A DNA stretch of 53,794 bases from an uncultured Planctomycetia bacterium (GTDB lineage Bacteria > Planctomycetota > MHYJ01 > CAYXQY01): NCBI GenBank assembly GCA_964466525.1, contig CAYXQY010000004.1, forward strand, positions 1-53,794. The letters are read 5' to 3'. Positions 35,666-44,154 of the stretch are shown here, one piece after another. A program made the position numbers and the translations under genes. Under the pieces are notes generated by a model, which was not told the DNA's origin, made no database searches, and saw nothing but the letters and a program-made list of their open reading frames with translations. Positions within the stretch are counted from its first letter, which is position 1. Each line of letters begins with the position of its first letter.

Positions 35666-36910
35666 ATGGATAGACGCACAATTCTTGTCGTATCGGTGTT
35701 TTTCCTGCTGGCGGTGATCGGAATACTGGTTGGCGTCCTGACCGGGGGGGAGACGCCGAACCGGGCCAGTGTAATGAGCCGGTCCGTGATCGGGCATCGC
35801 GCCGTGGTCGAGCTGCTGGAGCGAAATGAGTTTCGGATCTTTGTGAACCGGAAAACGAATCCCCGCCCGGAGGAGGGAGAAGGGTTGGTGGTATTCGCGC
35901 CGTCTCCGCCGTCCGAGCGGCCGGAGGAACAACCGTCCTGGCGGCGGCTATCGGAACAGTTTAGCCCGGAACTGATCGTGCTACCCAAATGGCAGGGCAT
36001 CGAGCATCCGGAGCGAGCGGACTGGTTTTACATTACGCAGCGTTACGAGAACGAGGTGATTGAGAAGCTGCTACCGAAGGACACCGACTGGTCCGTCGAC
36101 GTCCGTTCGTCGAGCGGCGGTGACGAAGATGCCGCGGGAACGACGCACGAGGTTCGGTCCGCGAACGGGCGGCGGATACCGGTTCGGTCACAGGGCCTGC
36201 AAGTCATTGACGCGAGCGATCAGGCAGAGGTGCTCTGGCGTGTGGACGGGGTGCCCGTGGTACTCCGGGAGCCGGGCTCGGACCGGATCTGGGTTTCCGA
36301 TCCGGATCTGTTGAGCAACATGTTTCTTGATCAGGAACAAAACGCGGCGTTTGCACTGGCGTTGTTTCAGGAGGTGTTTCCCGAACGTCGTTTCCTCGTC
36401 GACGAGCTGCACCACGGGTACGGGATCGAGGGAGGCGTGCTCGAACTGCTGTTTACGTTTCCCGGCGTGGTTTTGACGATCAGTGCTGTTTTCCTTATGG
36501 TCTGTTTTTACTGGTCGCTGTACTGTAGCTGGAGCGGTCAGGAAGGGAATCGGACGGGGAACCGGCGCCGCCGGGAACAGGCCGAGGCAATGGGGCGGTT
36601 GACGCACGCACACGGCAATCATCCCTACGCGGCACGGCAGTATCTGTCGAACATGAAATCCCTGATCGCGGAGGCGGTGAACCTCCCGGGGGACGAGGAC
36701 TGGAACGGAATTGTTCGGCGGCTGGATCACCTCCGTCCTTCGCTTGCCGATCAACTGCGATCGGTGGTGGAAGATCGGGACGTGCTGAGGGGGGAGGAGG
36801 TGCGGGAGCAACAACTTCTGGAAATCGTAAGACAGGCACACACTGTTTACAGGCAACTACGTGATGAACTCAGTGAAGGAACTGCGGAACCGGCTCCAGG
36901 ACGAAATTAA
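35666..36910 (+). CDS. DUF4350-like membrane-anchored protein
   Basis: N-terminal TM segment, then SRSVIGHRAVVELLERNEFRIFVNR..., a second TM segment near aa 270, and a helical C-terminus. Its position between DUF4129 and MoxR is typical of this neighbourhood. Confidence 0.55.
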   Translation: MDRRTILVVSVFFLLAVIGILVGVLTGGETPNRASVMSRSVIGHRAVVELLERNEFRIFVNRKTNPRPEEGEGLVVFAPSPPSERPEEQPSWRRLSEQFSPELIVLPKWQGIEHPERADWFYITQRYENEVIEKLLPKDTDWSVDVRSSSGGDEDAAGTTHEVRSANGRRIPVRSQGLQVIDASDQAEVLWRVDGVPVVLREPGSDRIWVSDPDLLSNMFLDQEQNAAFALALFQEVFPERRFLVDELHHGYGIEGGVLELLFTFPGVVLTISAVFLMVCFYWSLYCSWSGQEGNRTGNRRRREQAEAMGRLTHAHGNHPYAARQYLSNMKSLIAEAVNLPGDEDWNGIVRRLDHLRPSLADQLRSVVEDRDVLRGEEVREQQLLEIVRQAHTVYRQLRDELSEGTAEPAPGRN

Positions 36911-37814
36911 GCAGGTCTTTTTCGGGCAGGTGGAGGTCACGGATCACTGCCTGATGGCGCTTCTCTGTGAGGGACACATACTTGTTGAAGGGGTGCCCGG
37001 TACAGCGAAGACACTTCTGGCACGCTCCATTGCGTCTGCACTCTCCCTTGATTTCGGGCGCATCCAGTTTACGCCGGACCTGCTTCCGAACGATATTACC
37101 GGGACAAACGTGTTTAATTTTCACGCCAATGAATTTGTACTGAACAGGGGACCGGTCTTTAATCATATTCTCCTCGGCGATGAAATTAACCGTTCTCCCC
37201 CGAAAACACAGTCGGCGCTGCTGGAGTCCATGCAGGAGCGGCAGGTGACGATCGACAACGACACGTACGAGCTGGAGGAGCCCTTCATGGTCATCGCCAC
37301 ACAGAACCCGATCGAGCACGAGGGAACGTATCCTCTGCCGGAGGCCCAGCTGGATCGGTTTCTGTTCAAGGTGCGCATGGAGTACCCGGAGAAGGAGGTG
37401 GAGGAACGGATCGTTGCCGCCCACTCCGGAGGATCAAATGTAAGACAACTCAGTGAGACAACCGTCCGGGCGGTTGCCGACCGGGAGGACCTGCTTGAAG
37501 CACGGGATCGCGTCCGGTCCGTGGAGGTGCGTGAACCGGTGGTGGACTACATCGTTCGTCTGGTGCGTCGGACCCGGGAAGCCCCACGTGTGGACACCGG
37601 CGCGTCCCCCCGGGCGTCCGTCATGCTGACCATCGCGGCAAAAGCGAAGGCCGCACTGGAGGGCCGTGCGTACATCATACCGGACGACGTCAAGCAGACG
37701 TTGCTTCCGACACTTCGCCACCGACTCGTGCTGTCCCCGGAGAGTGAGATTGAGGGGGTGACGCCCGATCGCGTCCTGGAGGACCTCGTCAAGCAGGTCG
37801 AGGTTCCACGGTGA
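36864..37814 (+). CDS. MoxR-family AAA+ ATPase
   Basis: Walker A (EGVPGTAKT), Walker B (ILLGDEINR), sensor and arginine-finger region (ATQNPIEHEGTYPLPEAQLDRF), and the C-terminal lid ...GASPRASVML. The start overlaps the preceding gene. Confidence 0.92.
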   Translation: MNSVKELRNRLQDEIKQVFFGQVEVTDHCLMALLCEGHILVEGVPGTAKTLLARSIASALSLDFGRIQFTPDLLPNDITGTNVFNFHANEFVLNRGPVFNHILLGDEINRSPPKTQSALLESMQERQVTIDNDTYELEEPFMVIATQNPIEHEGTYPLPEAQLDRFLFKVRMEYPEKEVEERIVAAHSGGSNVRQLSETTVRAVADREDLLEARDRVRSVEVREPVVDYIVRLVRRTREAPRVDTGASPRASVMLTIAAKAKAALEGRAYIIPDDVKQTLLPTLRHRLVLSPESEIEGVTPDRVLEDLVKQVEVPR

Positions 37815-39133
37815 TGCGGTTTTATCCGGGGCGCGTGCTGCTGTATCTGCTCGGAATCGGATGTGTGCTCGCGGTTCTTCCGATGTTCGTTCCGGGTACC
37901 GGTACGGTAATCGCCGTGTGCTACCAGGTTGCGGTGCTGACCGCCGCCGTCGCTGACGGGATCCTTACTCGACCGATGGACGCTGGACGGATGACCGTAA
38001 CGGTACCGGACGAGCTCGGCGTGGGCCGGTCCGGTACAATCCAGCTGCGCGTCGAGAACGAGAACAGCGTGCCGGTGCGCGGTCAGCTATTGCTCCGGAC
38101 ACCGGATTCGGTTTCCCCGGACCGGCAGTACTGGGATCGGGTGTTTCCGGCGGGGGAGGAGGTGGTTCTTGAAACGGGCGTACAGGCGAGAACACGGGAG
38201 CGTGCGGAATTCGGTCCGGTGCAACTGCGGCATCGCGGGGTGCTTTCCCTTCTGGTGTTTCCGTCGAAACGAGCGAACGCAGGTGTAACGGAGATCCGGC
38301 CCGACATCCACGAAATTCGAAACAGTGAACTTCGCATCCCGCAGATCATTCAGTACCTGACCGGTCAGAAATCGATGGATCGGCGGGCACGGGACGGGGC
38401 GTTCGATTCGCTGGTGGAGTACGAACCGGGCATGGATCCCCGCAAGATCGACTGGAAAGCCTCCGCAAGGCATTATCGGATGCTCTCGCGGCAACACCGG
38501 ATCGAACAGAACCATTCCGTGTATTTCCTGATGGACGCCGGCCGGCTGATGGGCACACGGCTCAACGACGTTCAGAAACTGGACTGGGCGATCAACGCCG
38601 CGCTTCGCCTGTCGTTTCTTGCCCTGAACGTGGGGGATCGGGTGGGGATCATGGGGTTCGCCCGGGATATGCTGCGAATTGAACGGGCCCGGGACGGCAT
38701 GCCGCAGTTTCAGCAGCTACTCAGGGCAATGAACGACCTGACACCGCAGGACCGTGAGACCAATTTTATGCGGGCGTTCCGCGTGTTTTCCCGCGTCGAG
38801 CGTGAGCGTTCGCTGGTGGTGGTGTTCACGGATTTCGTCGACCGGGCGTCCGCGTCCCTGCTTCTTGAAGCACTGTCCCTCATGCGCAAACGGCATGTCG
38901 TGCTGTTCGTTGCCTGCCGGGACGTCGCTCTGGAGCAGTCGCTCCTCGACCCCCCCGTCAATCTGATGGACGTGCATCGGCAGAACGAATCCTTTCGTCT
39001 GCTCCGGGAACGGGAAGAGGTCATTGAGGAAATTCAACGGATGGGAATAAAAACCATCGACGAAGACGTATCACGGGTCACCCCCTCCCTGATCAATCAG
39101 TACCTCCAGCTCAAATACCGACAGCGTGTGTGA
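37814..39133 (+). CDS. DUF58 (vWA-like) protein, the usual MoxR partner
   Basis: Two N-terminal TM helices, then YEPGMDPRKIDWKASARHYRMLSRQHRIEQNHSVYFLMDAGRLMG, the DUF58 hallmark. The start shows a TGATG overlap with the moxR stop (a GTG at 37811 is an alternative). Confidence 0.85.
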   Translation: MRFYPGRVLLYLLGIGCVLAVLPMFVPGTGTVIAVCYQVAVLTAAVADGILTRPMDAGRMTVTVPDELGVGRSGTIQLRVENENSVPVRGQLLLRTPDSVSPDRQYWDRVFPAGEEVVLETGVQARTRERAEFGPVQLRHRGVLSLLVFPSKRANAGVTEIRPDIHEIRNSELRIPQIIQYLTGQKSMDRRARDGAFDSLVEYEPGMDPRKIDWKASARHYRMLSRQHRIEQNHSVYFLMDAGRLMGTRLNDVQKLDWAINAALRLSFLALNVGDRVGIMGFARDMLRIERARDGMPQFQQLLRAMNDLTPQDRETNFMRAFRVFSRVERERSLVVVFTDFVDRASASLLLEALSLMRKRHVVLFVACRDVALEQSLLDPPVNLMDVHRQNESFRLLREREEVIEEIQRMGIKTIDEDVSRVTPSLINQYLQLKYRQRV

Positions 39134-39467
39134 TGTACGTGCTGTATTGCAGCTGGTAAGATAAGTTGCCTGTGAGGCATTCCGAACCTCCGGAAATTGG
39201 TTCGTGAGCGGGCCGTGCAACAGAATGAGCAGCTTTGTTCACGTCTGTTCTACAGAACGAATTCATGCATTGTACGAGAAACGAGTTTTGGTAGTCGGTC
39301 AAAAATTTGGAAGACGTTCTGACCGGCAAAATATCTGAAAATGATCCGTACTTTTTAAATTAGGTTCGAGAATTGTATGCTATTCGTTGCGTACGAACTG
39401 AGACGGAAATTCCATGATTTGCAGAGGACGATTTCTTTTTCATTCAATCAGACCCCCCCATCACGCA

Positions 39468-41663
39468 ATGACCCATAGTAGGTTCCGACTTCAACCTTCG
39501 TCCTTTTTCATCACGTTTCTTCTCCTGTTCTGCTCGATCCTCCAGCCGTCCTCGGTCGCCCAATCCTCCGAGCGACCGAACATCGTCCTGATCATGGCGG
39601 ACGACATGGGATACTCCGACATCGGCGCGTACGGCGGCGAAATTCAAACGCCAGCTCTGGACCGGCTCGCGGAGGGCGGCCTTCGATTCACGCAGTTCTA
39701 CAACACGGCTCGTTGCTGTCCGACCCGAGCGTCGCTGCAGTGTGGATTATACCCCCACCAGACCGGTGTCGGAGGAATGATAAACGACCGTCAACTTCCC
39801 GGTTACCGCGGCGACCTGAACGACCATTGTCTCACGATCGCCCGGGTGCTCGGAAACGCCGGATACGCCACCTATATGTCCGGGAAATGGCACCTCACCC
39901 CTGTCAGCGAGGACAAGCACAACCGGCCGCTGCAGCGCGGGTACGATCGTTTTTTCGGCACCATATACGGGGCGGGTAGCTACTACGATCCCAACAGCTT
40001 ATCCCGGGGAAACAAATTCATTCCCCCTCACAAAGCCGGTCCCGAGTTTACCAATGACAACTTTTACTACACCGATGCAATCAGTGCCAACGCCGCGCGC
40101 TACGTCAAACAGCACGCGTCGGACGATCAATCGAACCCGTTCTTCATGTATGTCGCCTACACAGCCCCCCACTGGCCCATGCACGCTCCCGAAGAAACCG
40201 TCGAAAAATACGAAGGTCGATATAAAGAAGGATGGGGGACGATCCGAAAAGAGCGATATAAACGCATGACCGAGATGCGGATCATTAAAGATCAATGGAA
40301 GCTGTCGGACCGGGACCATCCGCGGTGGGAACAGGCCGACAACCAAAAATGGCACCGCCGAAACATGGCCGTCTACGCCGCGATGGTCGATCGAATGGAT
40401 CAGGGCATCGGACACATTGTCAGAACGCTGAAGGAGACCGATCAGTTTAAAAACACACTTCTCCTGTTCCTGGCCGACAACGGCGGATGTGCGGAGGGGC
40501 TCGGGCGCGGAGGTGACTTCACGCCCCGCCCGGACGAACCCGTCAACCCGATGGGCAAGGACGAATTACAGAAACGGATGATACCGAAATTCACCCGGGA
40601 CGGGTATCCCGTCCGGAAGGGCACGGGTGTGATGCCGGGCCCGCCCGACACGTACATCGCGTACGGGAAATCCTGGGCGAACGTCTCCAACACGCCGTTT
40701 CGCGAGTACAAACACTGGGTGCACGAGGGCGGAATCTCCACACCGCTGATCGCCCACTGGCCGGCCGGCATCGACCGCAAGGGCGAACTGGAACGACAGC
40801 CCGGGCACGTGGTGGACATCATGGCAACGAGCGTCGACGTGGCGGGTGCCGAATATCCCGATACCTTTGACGGACACAGGATCAGGCCGATGCAGGGGGT
40901 CAGCCTCGTCCCCGCGTTTCTCGGAAACGACCTGGACCGTGATCAGCCGTTGTTTTTCGAACATGAAGGGAACCGCGCACTGCGGGATGGGAAATGGAAA
41001 GTCGTGGCAAAAGGAGCAGGAGGAGAATGGGAGCTGTATAACATGGAGGCGGACCGGTCCGAAACAAACAACCTGGCCGACAAATATCCCGATCGCACGA
41101 GGCAACTGGCCATGAAATGGGAAGATATGGCGAGACAGTTCAACGCCCTTCCCTGGCCCCGTGGAAACTACCGCGGACCGAGCCGGACAAAGGAGACGTT
41201 CCATTTCGAACTCGGTCCGGGCGAGGATATTGCCCGTACCCACGCACCCTACGTAAAAGGGAGACCATTCACGATGTCCATAATACTGGAGGAAGCGGGC
41301 AATCAGGGGGTCATTGTGGCACAGGGAGGGAGTACCGATGGCTATGCGCTGTATCAGAAACAAAACCACCTGTATTTTGCAACGACGCACAGAGGAGACG
41401 CCACCATACTGAAATCGAAGAACCCCCTTCCCGACCGCGTCACGAACCTTACCGTGTCCTTACGGAAGGATGGAACCGTGACCGTCGAGGCGGACGGAAC
41501 CACCGTGGTGAAAGGCAAGACGAAGGGACCGCTCGTCCGCTTGCCACTCGACGGACTCCAGGTCGGACAGGATAAAAATGGAGCCGTGGGGTCCTACAGC
41601 ACGCCGTTTCCGTATAACGGCCGTGTAAAAAAGGTTGAGATCGATCTCGAGAAAACCAATTGA
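39468..41663 (+). CDS. Arylsulfatase (formylglycine-dependent) with an extra C-terminal beta-sandwich domain
   Basis: ATG 39468 gives a signal peptide. The sequence has NIVLIMADDMGYSDIG and the FGly motif ARCCPTRASL. A roughly 170-aa LamG/lectin-like tail follows the sulfatase fold. Confidence 0.9.
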   Translation: MTHSRFRLQPSSFFITFLLLFCSILQPSSVAQSSERPNIVLIMADDMGYSDIGAYGGEIQTPALDRLAEGGLRFTQFYNTARCCPTRASLQCGLYPHQTGVGGMINDRQLPGYRGDLNDHCLTIARVLGNAGYATYMSGKWHLTPVSEDKHNRPLQRGYDRFFGTIYGAGSYYDPNSLSRGNKFIPPHKAGPEFTNDNFYYTDAISANAARYVKQHASDDQSNPFFMYVAYTAPHWPMHAPEETVEKYEGRYKEGWGTIRKERYKRMTEMRIIKDQWKLSDRDHPRWEQADNQKWHRRNMAVYAAMVDRMDQGIGHIVRTLKETDQFKNTLLLFLADNGGCAEGLGRGGDFTPRPDEPVNPMGKDELQKRMIPKFTRDGYPVRKGTGVMPGPPDTYIAYGKSWANVSNTPFREYKHWVHEGGISTPLIAHWPAGIDRKGELERQPGHVVDIMATSVDVAGAEYPDTFDGHRIRPMQGVSLVPAFLGNDLDRDQPLFFEHEGNRALRDGKWKVVAKGAGGEWELYNMEADRSETNNLADKYPDRTRQLAMKWEDMARQFNALPWPRGNYRGPSRTKETFHFELGPGEDIARTHAPYVKGRPFTMSIILEEAGNQGVIVAQGGSTDGYALYQKQNHLYFATTHRGDATILKSKNPLPDRVTNLTVSLRKDGTVTVEADGTTVVKGKTKGPLVRLPLDGLQVGQDKNGAVGSYSTPFPYNGRVKKVEIDLEKTN

Positions 41664-41683
41664 TCGGATCACGCAATTCGTTC

Positions 41684-41817
41684 AGACCCTGTTTCTTAAA
41701 CACCGATTCGGGCAGTGAACGGTGTGGACGGGGTTCGTCCGGCGTCTGCTTTCGAATCCGTTCCCTCTCGGTCACTCCGTCGAGCTACATCAGACGGTAG
41801 GCGATTAGCTTGATCAG
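41684..41817 (-). repeat. Copy 1 of a 134-nt repeat (degenerate C-terminal gene fragment)
   Basis: By my hand count, about 113 of 134 positions are identical to 51512..51645. The minus-strand frame reads ALIKLIAYRLM*LDGVTERERIRKQTPDEPRPHRSLPESVFKKQGL, with an internal stop and loss of the terminal stop. Confidence 0.7.
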
Positions 41818-41908
41818 CGCACGTCATCGTTTTGGTGAGCATGCACGAACGAATTGTGCTCGAATGCGGCCCTGTGTGCACCGGTTGTCCGGCAATCGAC
41901 AGAGGTTT

Positions 41909-43735
41909 TTACAGACCCAGCACGTTGCTCAGGCGCTCCCGCTCCTTGTCAAACGACGTCCATTCCCTGGCTCGTTCAATGCCGAACTGTTCGCAGCGCT
42001 TCAGAAATTGCCGGGCGAGGGGTTTCATTTTCTTCCGGAGATCCTCGTTTATTGCATCCGGGTCCTGTACGTGCCAGACCGGACCCAGGGCGAAGCGGTA
42101 GGCGGCAATGGACGCTTTCCGGACCCGGCGGCGGACCGTATCACTCCGGGCCGCCTCTTCCGCCCGCTCGAATAATGTTAGCAGGCGGCCGGACAGCTCC
42201 TGATCCAGTCCGTATCCCTTCGCTCGATCGGCAAAACAGTCGTTGTGTACGCCGCTGCCCTCGGCCGTGTCGTGCACGAGGTCGATGTAACGCTGGATGT
42301 AAGGTGCCGCGCGACGGTAATGCAGTCGCAGGAACTCGGCAATCAGGCGGTCGGTGTTCTGTGAGGGGTCCCAGAGGAGTTCGCTGATGAGGTAATTCCG
42401 TAGATCGGACAGTTCGCCCCCGGGCGTGTTATAAATCCCCTGCATGAACAGCCCTTTCACGTCGTAATTGATGAAAAATCGAATGTTTGGTCCGATGGTC
42501 CGCAGGTTGGGCATCGGAAGAAGGTAGTTTCGGAAATTGGTGGTGTAGTTCCAGACCATGAGCTGATCGGTCAGGGTGGACCATTCCTTCAGGTCTGCGG
42601 CGAAGTCGGTGTTTTTCGGACAGTTCGGGTCGTTGATGGGATGAATCTGACACGCTTCGATACTGGCCAGTTCGATCTGCACATTGTCACGGGGCTTCAG
42701 GTGCTCAGGCGGTTTTCGGGAATATCGATACGCCAGCGTCCCCACGTAGACGTCGGGGTGTTTTTCGGCCACGCGCTCGGCCACCGAATTCACGAAGGCC
42801 AACAGTGAGCCCATCGGAGAACCCTCCCGCTCGTTGATCCTGGAACAGCTCGAACACTGGCAGTAGTTGTTGTTGTCGTTTTGCGTGACGGACACGTTCC
42901 GAGCGTTCGGGTGGTTCCTGATGTGCTCGAGCACGGATTCCGTCACAATATCAAGGACCTGCTCGTTGGTCATGCAGGGCTGTGTTTTGAAACTGTCGTT
43001 TTCGTAGGGACCGGCCAGCCGTTTTCCATTTCGTTTCGCGAAGTAGGACGGATGGTCCTCCCCGTATTTTTTGGTTGGGATCTGGTGCTGGAAGCTGTGG
43101 TTAATGTTCCGGAAACCCGTTCGGCCGCCGAATTTTTTCTTCTCCGTCACGGTATTCAGGCGACGCCGTGTGGCAAATTTCGGGTTACGGATTGCTTCCG
43201 CGTAATAGCTATTGCGCATCACCAGCGGGGGAGAGTACGCCCGATCCAGCGGCCCGACCCGGTGTACCGAACGGAGCTCCGGAACATGCGTATGATCCGG
43301 GGTCAGAAACCGTACGCCAACGTGTTCTTCCAGGAATTCGTACACCCCGTACAGCGTACCGCGGGGACGGCCGCCGGCGATCGCGACGTGGGGGTTCTGA
43401 ACGACAATTCGAAGCGTTTCCGATCCATACGATTCCGTCGAAAAACCAACCGGGCTGTTGCGAAAGGCCGTTCCGGGCCCGACGAAGAAATGTTGATCGG
43501 GCCGATCCGCTTCCCGAACGATCGGGAGTTCTGTGCCCGTCGCCTGTTCGAGGAAGCGCTGCAGTTCGTCCGCCGCGTATCGTTCGCTTTCGGTGGCGTC
43601 CGGACTCACCACGATGTTCCACCCGTCCAGGGACGTCAGGTCAACCGGATCCGACATGACAGGAATGCTACTGATCAGGAGGAAAAGCAGAACAGCGCTG
43701 AGGGATCGAACCGTGCATGATAGAGTGAAGCTCAT
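41909..43735 (-). CDS. DUF4838-type secreted glycoside-hydrolase-like protein
   Basis: ATG 43735 gives a signal peptide (MSFTLSCTVRSLSAVLLFLLISS). The sequence has VVSPDATESERYAADELQRFLEQATGTELPIV and the NNYCQCSSCS motif typical of DUF4838. The track ORF extends to 44020 without a signal peptide. Confidence 0.65.
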   Translation of the reverse strand: MSFTLSCTVRSLSAVLLFLLISSIPVMSDPVDLTSLDGWNIVVSPDATESERYAADELQRFLEQATGTELPIVREADRPDQHFFVGPGTAFRNSPVGFSTESYGSETLRIVVQNPHVAIAGGRPRGTLYGVYEFLEEHVGVRFLTPDHTHVPELRSVHRVGPLDRAYSPPLVMRNSYYAEAIRNPKFATRRRLNTVTEKKKFGGRTGFRNINHSFQHQIPTKKYGEDHPSYFAKRNGKRLAGPYENDSFKTQPCMTNEQVLDIVTESVLEHIRNHPNARNVSVTQNDNNNYCQCSSCSRINEREGSPMGSLLAFVNSVAERVAEKHPDVYVGTLAYRYSRKPPEHLKPRDNVQIELASIEACQIHPINDPNCPKNTDFAADLKEWSTLTDQLMVWNYTTNFRNYLLPMPNLRTIGPNIRFFINYDVKGLFMQGIYNTPGGELSDLRNYLISELLWDPSQNTDRLIAEFLRLHYRRAAPYIQRYIDLVHDTAEGSGVHNDCFADRAKGYGLDQELSGRLLTLFERAEEAARSDTVRRRVRKASIAAYRFALGPVWHVQDPDAINEDLRKKMKPLARQFLKRCEQFGIERAREWTSFDKERERLSNVLGL

Positions 43736-44154
43736 TTTCCTGTCCCGGGACGATAAACAATGATTCAGCGACAACTTCGTCGAACAAAACGCAATGTATG
43801 AATGAAAAGTGCTCTTTTCAACTTCTGCGTACCGTATCTTGAACGAAACTGTATAAATGCGTCTCAATGGCAGGCGTGTGAAAAGATTACGTACAATGTA
43901 ATCCCCGGATGTGCTGGTCAGGATGTAATCGTTTGACCTATTTTTGACAGATCGTGTAAACAGTGGTTGAATGAAGGATGAGGTGTGTGGGATAAAAAGA
44001 GGGCACTTCTGAGATTCCATAATTCGAACGTGAGAAGCAGTTTCGTTCTCTGTTCAGGCATCAGGGCGCGTGGTTTCATGCTCAATGGAAGATGCTGAAC
44101 CGGGGGCAAATATTCAGTTGCGTGAGTGAAGCTGATTCCGGATCAACCGAACAC

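Noticed and set aside
34903-36000. 365-aa minus-strand ORF antisense to the DUF4129 and DUF4350-like genes
   Set aside because: The translation is an Arg/Pro/Ser/Gly-rich low-complexity string with no motif. It lies in the G+C-rich block, where long antisense ORFs arise by chance. The sense-strand genes have recognisable domains and coupled starts.
40566-41390. 274-aa minus-strand ORF antisense to the sulfatase gene
   Set aside because: The sense strand encodes an unmistakable sulfatase, and the antisense translation has no features.
42881-43720. 279-aa plus-strand ORF (and the nested 43168..43659 ORF) antisense to the DUF4838 gene
   Set aside because: It overlaps a well-supported minus-strand gene completely, has an Arg-rich composition and shows no motifs.
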